Positions 30,428 through 38,785 of a stretch of 64,000 bases of DNA are shown piece by piece. A program made the position numbers and the translations under genes. Position 1 is the first letter of the stretch, and each line of letters starts with the position of its first letter. This DNA comes from an uncultured virus (IMG/VR IMGVR_UViG_3300021197_000608) (taxonomy: Duplodnaviria; Heunggongvirae; Uroviricota; Caudoviricetes): IMG/VR virus record IMGVR_UViG_3300021197_000608; one strand, written 5' to 3'. The notes beneath the pieces were generated by a model. That model saw only the letters and a program-made list of their open reading frames with translations, did not search any database and had not been told where the DNA came from.

Positions 30428-30497
30428 AGTATACTTGTTATTACAACAAAAGTCAAGAGAAAAAGTAAAAAAAAAGTTCTTGAAAATCAAGAACTTA
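30428..30497 (-). promoter_or_regulatory. early promoter cassette
   Basis: TTGACT-17-TATACT; TTGTT-N5-AACAA at 30435-30449; palindrome AAGTTCTTGA-AAA-TCAAGAACTT. Confidence 0.75.
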
Positions 30498-30567
30498 GAA
30501 AAAAATTTAGTGAGGAGCAACTCTATTGAGAGAGTTGAGAGAGAAAGGAAGTTGCCCCTCACCAATG
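30498..30567 (-). ncRNA. candidate small hairpin RNA with anti-SD loop
   Basis: own TTGACT-17-TATTAT promoter (30573-30601); 16-bp stem; loop CCUUUCUCUCUCAACUCUCUCAAUA; U-tract. Confidence 0.5.
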
Positions 30568-30607
30568 ATTCTATAATACCACTAAGATACCATAGAGTCA
30601 ATAAGTT

Positions 30608-31480
30608 TTAGTCAAATAGTTTTTCAAAAGTAGCAGTTCCTGCCACTCCATCTGCAACCAAACCATTTGCTGATTGCCATTCTTTTAATGCACGTTCTGT
30701 GCCTGGCCCAAAGTCTCCATCTGCACCAATACCTAATGCTTCTTGCATAAGTTTGACACCTTCGCCTTTTGCACCTTTTCTTAAAACACCAATATCGTCA
30801 AGGATATCTTCTACAGAACTATCGTCTGCACCTAAATCCTCTACACTCATACCTAGTACTTCCATTGCATGAGAGTATCGTTTTTGTCTATCCTCTAATC
30901 CAATATTGCCACCGTTGATCTTCTTAGTCATTTTCACAACATTGTCTGTATCAGCGATATCATTCAGATTATTTGCATCCCAAAACCAACATGCAGATTC
31001 AATCGCACCAGATGGTGTTGCAACATACTCTGCTGCCTGTTCTGCACTCATATTAATACTTTCACCAAACTTAGTGTAGTTATGTCTACCTGTTAATTGT
31101 TTTAGGCCTCTGCCTCTGAACAACCAACCATCACCTTCATTGACGTTGCCCATTTTGTACTTACGATATTCGTCCATGTACACATAGTTTGCAATCATTT
31201 CTGGTTTACGGTGATATTCATCTGCATCACGTTTAGGTGAGTTACCAAAGTATCGTCCAAAGACTGCACGAAGCGCCTTTGCACTATAGTTTAGATTTTC
31301 TTCTAATCGTTTGAACCCACCAGATTCGTGGGCACACTGACTTAAAAAGTGTGCAACTCTACGTTCTGTTGTGATACCATATTTTGGTAACAGTTCGCAC
31401 AGTGCATCATACCAATCATCAGCATCAGCAGATATGATTTCTGCAAGATGTCCTTTAGTAAAATCGAATTCAAAGCTCAT
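30608..31480 (-). CDS. GH19 endolysin with C-terminal peptidoglycan-binding domain
   Basis: AHFLSQCAHES, ENLNYS, FRGRGLKQLTGR.NY, INGG..GL.DR; DG.FGPGT..A...WQ..GL.ADG. Confidence 0.9.
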   Translation of the reverse strand: MSFEFDFTKGHLAEIISADADDWYDALCELLPKYGITTERRVAHFLSQCAHESGGFKRLEENLNYSAKALRAVFGRYFGNSPKRDADEYHRKPEMIANYVYMDEYRKYKMGNVNEGDGWLFRGRGLKQLTGRHNYTKFGESINMSAEQAAEYVATPSGAIESACWFWDANNLNDIADTDNVVKMTKKINGGNIGLEDRQKRYSHAMEVLGMSVEDLGADDSSVEDILDDIGVLRKGAKGEGVKLMQEALGIGADGDFGPGTERALKEWQSANGLVADGVAGTATFEKLFD

Positions 31481-31488
31481 ATCTTTTC

Positions 31489-31965
31489 CTATTCTTGTTT
31501 CATAAATTCATCATTCCATCCAAACGCTTCCTTAACAACAGTTGTTGAAAGTCCTTTGTAAGTTTGATGTAATTTTTTATCTTTAGCATCAATTATTAAT
31601 TGCGCTTCTGATTTGTGGAGTCCTTCTAATAATTGAATAAACATATTCTCACGTTTAAAACCAACCAGAGTATTATCTCCACCCTTTATAAAACGATACA
31701 GTTTCCTCGCTTCTCTGCGTAGTACTGTATGTTCTGTTCCTTCTTCTGCTTTATTTACTTTGAAGGGAACTTCTCCTTCTGGAATCAACCATTCGATTTT
31801 AGGATCAAACGATGATTTGATTACCATTCGTAGTGGATCGCAATCGTGTTCTTTTAGGATTGCAACCTTTTTATCTTTTGTTTTTGCATTATGCACTTTT
31901 TTTAAAACCTCAGATAGTAGAGGTGTGTATGTGGACTCTGCCATATTAAAAATCTCCAATGTCAT
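31489..31965 (-). CDS. conserved T4-like hypothetical protein next to rnh
   Basis: LSEVL..K..IL, P.G.VP, KRE.MFIQLLEGLH..EA. Confidence 0.7.
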   Translation of the reverse strand: MTLEIFNMAESTYTPLLSEVLKKVHNAKTKDKKVAILKEHDCDPLRMVIKSSFDPKIEWLIPEGEVPFKVNKAEEGTEHTVLRREARKLYRFIKGGDNTLVGFKRENMFIQLLEGLHKSEAQLIIDAKDKKLHQTYKGLSTTVVKEAFGWNDEFMKQE

Positions 31966-32806
31966 TCATAAGATTTTTCAATCTCTTTTTAATAAAATAG
32001 TTTAATAGTTTTGATCGTTCACCCTTTGGTGGTAACTGATATTGTTCTAGTATCTCTGCCTTCAGTTCTCTTGGAATCTGTTCCAAGTCAATCAAAACTT
32101 TGTTACGTTGATAGTTACGCATCATGTCTTCAGTACAATAATCTTCTGGGTCAAGGTCAATCCAAGTCTCCAGTTTTTTCTTGGACAAAGGCTTCTGTCG
32201 TAACTCATCTACAAACGTATTGTCTGATGATAAGAAATTAGGAACTCCATCACTTCTATCACCCTTCAATATATGTTCTCTAATATATATATCTGGATCT
32301 ATACCACTTACAAACTTTTTCAACACAGGCGAAAATTGTTTTACAAAACTGTGTTTTTGCAACTGAATAAAGTCTTTGTCTCCAGAAAGAATTAGAACCT
32401 TCTCATACTCAGATGGTGTAACAGCAATATGTTGTACCACAGCGGCGATACAATCATCTGCTTCTGCACCTTCTACTTCTAAAACTTTGTATGGGAAATT
32501 ATCTTTTATTTCGTCACGAATGTTGTTGAGAGTTTCAAAGATTAGATTCCAATCCAATCCAGAAGCTTCTCTATCTTTCTTACGATTAGATTTGTAGTTT
32601 GGAAAATAGTCTCTTCTCCAATACTTCTTGCTATCATAACAAAGAATAAGTTCTCCATATTCTTCACTAAACCTAGAACGATACATTCTAAGTGAGTTCA
32701 ATACCATATGGCGAACTAGATTTTCATCAACATCATTTTTTCTTTTAGAACCAATCTGCATCATAAGATTACTGATTGTGACTTGGTTCATATCAACTAA
32801 TATCAT
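31946..32806 (-). CDS. rnh: T4 RNase H (5'-3' exonuclease)
   Basis: MILVD, YWRRD.FP.YK..R, EADD, SGDKDFIQL, GDRSDGVPN. Confidence 0.95.
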   Translation of the reverse strand: MILVDMNQVTISNLMMQIGSKRKNDVDENLVRHMVLNSLRMYRSRFSEEYGELILCYDSKKYWRRDYFPNYKSNRKKDREASGLDWNLIFETLNNIRDEIKDNFPYKVLEVEGAEADDCIAAVVQHIAVTPSEYEKVLILSGDKDFIQLQKHSFVKQFSPVLKKFVSGIDPDIYIREHILKGDRSDGVPNFLSSDNTFVDELRQKPLSKKKLETWIDLDPEDYCTEDMMRNYQRNKVLIDLEQIPRELKAEILEQYQLPPKGERSKLLNYFIKKRLKNLMNDIGDF

Positions 32807-33865
32807 ATATTCACCTTTTTATAATATTATATATTACTACAAAAATCACTAGTTGTCAATAGGTTTATCTATTTCTTCTAATAATTTTGCCAACCCTTCT
32901 AAGTCAACATCATATGCTACACCATCATTATCCTTTATCACAGTGGTAAGCGTTTCAACAAGTTCTTGAAGTGGATGTACCATACCCAAGTCTCTGTAGA
33001 TTGTAGACTTAACCAGTTCTATTATTACAGAAGTGTCTCTAATAAAGTTTTCACCATCTACATTCATGCCATTTTCTGACATGTTATGTATCATGTTTAC
33101 TACTAAAGCTTCACATAGATTTTCAGTAAAGATAATATTCTCACGAATCTCGTGAGCTTTATTATCAATTTTAATTGCAACCTTTGGATTATTTTTAGGG
33201 AACTTTATTATATTACTCTCAGGGTTTTCATTATCATTAGTCATTTTCCATTTCCCTTGTCCAATCACATCCAATATCTGGATACCACATTCCAACAGTT
33301 CTTTTGGGTGTACCGTCTGGATGATATGCCATCACTAAACAAACACTCTTACATTTCTTTTCTTGGTATTCTCCCCAAAATAAGTCTAACCATATTCCAC
33401 TCTTTAGGTATCTTTCCATATTCTGAACATAACCTTCGTGGGATTTCATTTTAGCAATAGCACCTTTGACATTCTGTCTAACATTCTTACGTTCCGTTGC
33501 AAGAAGTTCTCTTTGTGTCTTAATCCACCTCTTCACATTTTTATGATTCCAAGGATCTGATTCTGGACGAGCAAGAACGTCTGGATGAATTGATTTATAT
33601 TCTGGGGGATTTTCTTTTAGTCGTTTTTCACGAGCCTTAGCAAGACGTTCTGCTGCAGCTGCTTTCTGTTCAGCAGACATTGGTTTCCTTCTCTTACGAG
33701 ATTTTGGAATTGTATTATCACTCTCAATTTTTGTACGCTGTGCCATATCACCTATCCTTTTTCCAAGGCCCATTATCAAAATCTTGTTGTTCCTGACATC
33801 TAGGACAACTAGAATATTTTTCCTCATCATAAATTATTGAACATTTAGGACAAGTTATAAGCATT

Positions 33866-34111
33866 CTAGTATCCCATCTCTTCCTGTCGTTTTAACATCT
33901 TACGTTTGAACCTACGAGTAGCTGCAGCCTTTTCTTTTCTGCGCTTCGTTCCCTTACTCTCAAAATAAGAGCGTTCTCGTAGTTCTTGAAACAAACCATC
34001 TTTGATAAGTCTTTTTTTAAGAACTCTTAATGCACCATTAACATCATCGTTACGAACTGTAACTGTCATTCCACCTTGATTTGTTTCTTTATCTTTTCTT
34101 TTTTTATACAT
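33866..34111 (-). CDS. rpsU: ribosomal protein bS21 homolog
   Basis: VTVRNDDVNGALRVLKKRL..DG..QELRERSYFE.K..KRR. Confidence 0.88.
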   Translation of the reverse strand: MYKKRKDKETNQGGMTVTVRNDDVNGALRVLKKRLIKDGLFQELRERSYFESKGTKRRKEKAAATRRFKRKMLKRQEEMGY

Positions 34112-34125
34112 ATTTTCCTCATAGT

Positions 34126-34203
34126 TGGCCTGCCCTGTAGGACTCGAACCTACGACCCACAGCTTAGAAGGCTGTTGCTCTAATCCAGCTGAGCTAAGGG
34201 CAG
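34126..34203 (-). tRNA. tRNA-Arg(UCU)
   Basis: complete cloverleaf: CUGCCCU/AGGGCAG acceptor, CU-UCU-AA anticodon loop, GUUCGAGUC T-arm, encoded CCA. Confidence 0.95.
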
Positions 34204-34220
34204 TTATAACCCAACTGTAC

Positions 34221-34664
34221 CTATTTTTGAAATCTCAGGGAATAAGTTCTACCCTCGTATGTAAATGTAACAGTCGAATGACTATAGATAGTGTGTCTAC
34301 TTTCATTGTATGTTGTAACATCTCTACAAACTTGTTGTTGTTTGTAACCAACAATTCGTTGATTTCCTTTTTTCTTATCAGCGGCAACCATACCACCAAT
34401 CACTGCACCAGCAGCTGCACCTTTGTCATTACCAGACGCACCCTTACCAAGTAAACCACCAATAATGATACCAGTAAGAACATCTGCACCAGAGGCACCA
34501 CCACCTGATTGTCCATAGATAGGAACATCTACAACTTCACATGATTGATATGTAGTCGGTATACGTTTAGTTACAGACTTATAATGATCTTGTGCTTCAT
34601 GTGCAGCTGCTGGATGGCAACCAATCAAAAAAACGAGTGCTGATGTACCAAGTAATTTCTTCAT
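34221..34664 (-). CDS. glycine-zipper envelope protein
   Basis: signal peptide; GIIIGGLLG..G.G...AAAGAVIGG. Confidence 0.7.
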   Translation of the reverse strand: MKKLLGTSALVFLIGCHPAAAHEAQDHYKSVTKRIPTTYQSCEVVDVPIYGQSGGGASGADVLTGIIIGGLLGKGASGNDKGAAAGAVIGGMVAADKKKGNQRIVGYKQQQVCRDVTTYNESRHTIYSHSTVTFTYEGRTYSLRFQK

Positions 34665-35675
34665 TCTTTTATCTCCAATACAAAATCACCAGTTCCAAAT
34701 AGTTCATATCCAGTTTTACATTCAGTGATTTTTACATATGTATCCAATACTCGACACATCTCTTTTGCAGCCACAATGGCCTCTTCTAACGTCTTATAAA
34801 TCATGTCATTATCAATTAAACCTCCGAATCACGAACAACATTCTATAATACCAAATTTATGACTCAGTGTCAAGAGGTATTAATTCTTTTTCTTTTGAAT
34901 CGCCGTGATATTTTACTTTTATATAATTACCTTTTTCTAAAGTTTCAAGTGTGTGTTCAATTATCTCATCCACAACCTGTTTTTTACCTAAGTACTTTCC
35001 GTAGTAAAAGAAAGCAGCAAGTATTGATGTTGCTAAAATAGCATGTTCAATTGCTGTCATTTATCGCTCCAATGTAACGTAATCTCCAAAATATTTAGTG
35101 AACACAGAAATAAGGTTTTCATAATCACCTTCTATCATTTCATCTGTGATTGCATCACTATCCAATCCTAACTGTACTGCAAGGTCTCCTGCTCTTGAGA
35201 GTAGAAAAAATGCATTACCAGCAGGCCCATTTAAATCAATAACCTGTTCTTGCATAATCGCACTCCTGTTCCATTTCAGTTTCAAATTGGTTGAAGGTAT
35301 CTTTTTTCTTCAAAAGAAGAACTTCAACAGCATGAAGTGCCATGTACTTCTCATCCGAAGCACCTTCATTCATGGCAATTACAAGGTTCTCTAAAACCTC
35401 AATGTCTTCCAAAAGGTCAACCATTACGCAGCCTCCAATAAGTAACTACAATGTTTTGCAACGTCTTCAGGCGTTGCAAAGTAATCAGTGTACCTATCAA
35501 AAGGTACAATCATACCACCACAGTCTGGATCTTTACAGACTGCACCGACATACCACCCAGCGGCAGAGGCCATTACGAGATTCTCCGATACAGGCATATC
35601 TGTACCGTAAAATTTAACGTCTTTAATGTTTTTTTGAATTTTCATAGCGAATCACCTTTCTCATCATCTATATAC

Positions 35676-35704
35676 ATAATACCATTGTTATCACAACAAG
35701 TCAA
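35676..35704 (-). promoter_or_regulatory. early promoter with spacer palindrome
   Basis: TTGACT-17-TATTAT; TTGTT-N5-AACAA at 35685-35699. Confidence 0.8.
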
Positions 35705-35711
35705 GAGTTTT

Positions 35712-36053
35712 TTAATAATTTCTTTCAATTCTGTCGTGAATAGGAATAGCACCATAAAAGTTGTGTCCAAGCATTTGTTCAATCTTGTCACTGAACCTAC
35801 TATCAGATGTTGCAGCATAGTTACCACCCATCATAGACTGTTTACCTTCACACTCTTCTGGAATAACTTTCACAGAAGAACCAAAATGAAAAGTTTGTTT
35901 TACCAACTGAGCAGCAGGATAATCATCACATGGATCGAAAGGCCCACTCACGTTTGTTAAACAAAGTCCTTTGATGTTCCTAGACGAAACACCACCATTT
36001 GTGCAATCATACTTTGATGATGCATCTTTATAAACATTTACTAATAATCCCAT
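35712..36053 (-). CDS. phage hypothetical early protein
   Basis: DCTNGGVSS, MMGGNY..SDSRF, PIHDR; AAGGAGAG SD. Confidence 0.7.
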   Translation of the reverse strand: MGLLVNVYKDASSKYDCTNGGVSSRNIKGLCLTNVSGPFDPCDDYPAAQLVKQTFHFGSSVKVIPEECEGKQSMMGGNYAATSDSRFSDKIEQMLGHNFYGAIPIHDRIERNY

Positions 36054-36802
36054 AATCTCTCTCCTTAGTTTGGAAATACTAAACCAAAATCTCTAATCAT
36101 TATATCACGAACATGTTCTCTGTCAAGACTATCACCAGAAAATCCTAAAGTATTTTCTTCTGAATACATGCCAACTTTGTTGATATAGTTTTGTGTCGAT
36201 TTAATAATCTGTTTAGGTGTTGCACCCATTGGATAAATCGCATCAGGCACATCACCATAAAAACTTTCTACATAAGAAATAAAATCAATTACCTCTGAAA
36301 CAATTTTTTCTACACTCATAATTAACTCCTAACTAATATTCCACTTGAGTTGAACTTTACCTTTTTGCAAACACTCTTTGAAGTACTCAAGATATTCAAC
36401 AGTCTTACCTTCTTCAATCATTTTATCAATGTTTGATATCATGCTGTTTTCAGCTTCAGCAAAGTTTAAAAAGAACTGACCATTCTCATCTTCAACAGTA
36501 AGTTTCTTGTGTTTCCAATCTTCGTAAAAATATGCCATTACACTAACTCCAATGCTTGTGCCCAAAGTATTTTCGCACCATCGTGTGTTGCAAATCCTTC
36601 TTCGTCTGCAAAATCCATTGAAGAACTTCCCATTACTGTTTCTGCAATACCTTTAGTTCTCAAGATATATGCGATACCTTCAGCAGTACTAGACCAACCG
36701 ACAAGGCCAGTATCTGAACAACACTGAATCCCACCATTGTGAGCACTGATAAAATCTACTTGATTTGACATTTGTAATACCTTTCTCTCTGATTACATAT
36801 AT

Positions 36803-36892
36803 AATGTACCATTGTTATGATAACAAGTCAAGCGTTTTTTGAAAAAAAGTGAAAAAAAGTTGAAAAAAAAGCCCTTGAGAATCAAGGGCTTA
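36803..36892 (-). promoter_or_regulatory. early promoter cassette
   Basis: TTGACT-17-TACATT; TTGTTATGATAACAA at 36812-36826; phased A-tracts; AAGCCCTTGA-GAA-TCAAGGGCTT. Confidence 0.8.
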
Positions 36893-36912
36893 AAAAATAA
36901 ATTTATTTTTTT

Positions 36913-37383
36913 TTAAAATTTTGTGAGAAATTGTGCAATTCTACCCACAAAAGGTAGCAACATTACCGCCATAAGCAGATTCATACCAGTATGTGCCATA
37001 GCGATTCGCAATGTGTCTCCCTTGGGCATCCCATCAGAAACGAACAATCCAGCCAACCAAATAGTTCCAGTTGTACCTATGTTTGCACCAAGCACTGCTG
37101 CAATCGCAGCTGGTAGTGGTAATGCACCAGAAGCGACTAGTGCAATGATTGCTGTTGTTGAGAGTGATGATGATTGCCAGAGTAGTGTCATAACAATACC
37201 ACCAAAGAACATATAAATTGGATTACCTAAAAAGAATGCAAGGTGTTCCATATTCCCCATCGACTTCATACCGCCAGAGAATGTTTTAAGACCAATATAA
37301 AAAATCACCAGACCCACGAGGGCGGTGATTATAGGGTTTCCTAAATCCATTTGTTTTACCTTTTTCCAAAGTTCAGTTGACAT
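36913..37383 (-). CDS. Na+/Pi cotransporter family (SLC34/NptA) protein with a single repeat
   Basis: QSSS signature and GANIGTT; 156 aa, hydrophobic. Confidence 0.85.
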   Translation of the reverse strand: MSTELWKKVKQMDLGNPIITALVGLVIFYIGLKTFSGGMKSMGNMEHLAFFLGNPIYMFFGGIVMTLLWQSSSLSTTAIIALVASGALPLPAAIAAVLGANIGTTGTIWLAGLFVSDGMPKGDTLRIAMAHTGMNLLMAVMLLPFVGRIAQFLTKF

Positions 37384-37475
37384 GATTGCCCTCCAAAAGA
37401 AAAGGGAACAGTTATTGTTCCCTTATTCTATATAGTTCTACGCTATGCGTTTGTCACAAAACTTTAACAAAAAAG

Positions 37476-37694
37476 TTATCTGTTATATGGTTTATATGTT
37501 CCCATAGCAATTGCTTTGATTTCACTACGAGAGATACCCATATCATTGAGTTCTCTATCAGTCATCTGTGAAAGTTCTCTATAACATTTCCTATCCATCT
37601 TTGGTGTCATAATACGTTTTACATTTTTATATAAGTCTACTACTGCATCGCAGAATGCACAGTATGTCGCTGTTAGTGTAGTCATTACACCCAT
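37476..37694 (-). CDS. DUF1127 (YjiS-like) protein
   Basis: RELSQMTDRELNDMGISRSEI. Confidence 0.85.
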   Translation of the reverse strand: MGVMTTLTATYCAFCDAVVDLYKNVKRIMTPKMDRKCYRELSQMTDRELNDMGISRSEIKAIAMGTYKPYNR

Positions 37695-37924
37695 CCTTTC
37701 AAATTTTTATTTGTGTCTGCTTTTATTTCTTCAGACTCTATCATAAGTTTCTTTGCTTCCTCATAGTATCCCTGTCTTGCAAGTTCAGCAGCTGCTCTTG
37801 CATATCCTACTCTGGTAAAAAAGTTATTAAACCTAGAACCTACTTTTACGAAAAACTTCGCAATAGTTTCACATATCTCACAAGTTTCTTGATATGTGTG
37901 TCTTAATACTAATCCAATCGTCAT
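37685..37924 (-). CDS. hypothetical protein
   Basis: GYARAAAELARQGY; GAGGAG SD. Confidence 0.65.
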   Translation of the reverse strand: MTIGLVLRHTYQETCEICETIAKFFVKVGSRFNNFFTRVGYARAAAELARQGYYEEAKKLMIESEEIKADTNKNLKGWV

Positions 37925-38079
37925 TAGTTTTTTCTCCTCTTGTGTGTGATATTATAATATAAAATTACGTCATCATCTGTTAAATGTTTTACATCCTCAA
38001 AATATTCTGTACGAATAAAACGTACAATATCCGAATGCTTGTTCTTATTATTGAACAATTTTGCTATCCATTTTGTCAT
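37924..38079 (-). CDS. 51 aa hypothetical protein (not in ORF track)
   Basis: MTKWIAKLF..RFIRTEY; TAATG coupling to the next gene. Confidence 0.55.
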   Translation of the reverse strand: MTKWIAKLFNNKNKHSDIVRFIRTEYFEDVKHLTDDDVILYYNITHKRRKN

Positions 38080-38123
38080 TTTCTTTCTTTCCTATAAAAC
38101 GATAAAAGGGATGCAGTGCATCC

Positions 38124-38183
38124 CTATTTTTTATTAGTTGGTTCGCTCAAAGCTTCCCATTCCTCATCTGTGTAAGGCCACAT
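38124..38183 (-). CDS. 19 aa micropeptide MWPYTDEEWEALSEPTNKK
   Basis: AAGGAGA SD; TATAAATA upstream; GGGATGCA-C-TGCATCCC-TTTT terminator directly after the stop. Confidence 0.5.
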   Translation of the reverse strand: MWPYTDEEWEALSEPTNKK

Positions 38184-38273
38184 CGAATTTCTCCTTGGGG
38201 GTTGATTCAGTTTTATTTATAACAAAAGGACAGTTTTGTTGTCCTTTTAACCAGTGTTATTTTTGCATAACCG

Positions 38274-38615
38274 TTAGTCACTATCTGCATCATGTAGTCT
38301 AACAAAGAACTCTGCATCAAGCACAACAAGTGGTTTCTTGCCGTTCTTCTTCATAACAACAATAGGTTCATAATTACCACTGTTGTCTTCTGCTTGAGAA
38401 TACGCTTCCCAAACATTTAGTTTTTCTACATTCTTACATTCTATTGAATAGGGGAATTTTTGTCTAGCAGCACGAGCCATGATGAGGTCTTCCCCACCAG
38501 CACCCATACTCCTAGACTCGATATCTTCTGGATGTACTTCCAGTTTTTCTATCAGTTGGTCACGCACCCACTGTTGCAGGCGCCTACCTTTTGCTTTCGC
38601 ACTTTGTGTTTTCAT
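38274..38615 (-). CDS. PD-(D/E)XK Holliday-junction-resolvase-like nuclease
   Basis: AKAKGRRLQ, G.DL, SIECKN. Confidence 0.7.
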   Translation of the reverse strand: MKTQSAKAKGRRLQQWVRDQLIEKLEVHPEDIESRSMGAGGEDLIMARAARQKFPYSIECKNVEKLNVWEAYSQAEDNSGNYEPIVVMKKNGKKPLVVLDAEFFVRLHDADSD

Positions 38616-38779
38616 TAATAATCATCATCTGCTGGATCATATAGTTCATCTTCGTTATCACTATTTAGTTCCTCGCCACAAAAAGGACAAAACGCTGGTT
38701 GATAATACCGTTCTTCCATGTTATGCTGAATTCTGAATACAGCTTCACACTCTTCACATAGTATTTCTTTTTTACTCAT
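38615..38779 (-). CDS. zinc-ribbon small protein (not in ORF track)
   Basis: CEEC...CPFCG followed by an acidic tail. Confidence 0.65.
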   Translation of the reverse strand: MSKKEILCEECEAVFRIQHNMEERYYQPAFCPFCGEELNSDNEDELYDPADDDY

Positions 38780-38785
38780 AAGTTA

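Noticed and set aside
34125..34454. Plus-strand ORF MACPVGLEPTTHSLEG...
   Set aside because: Antisense translation of tRNA-Arg and the glycine-zipper gene
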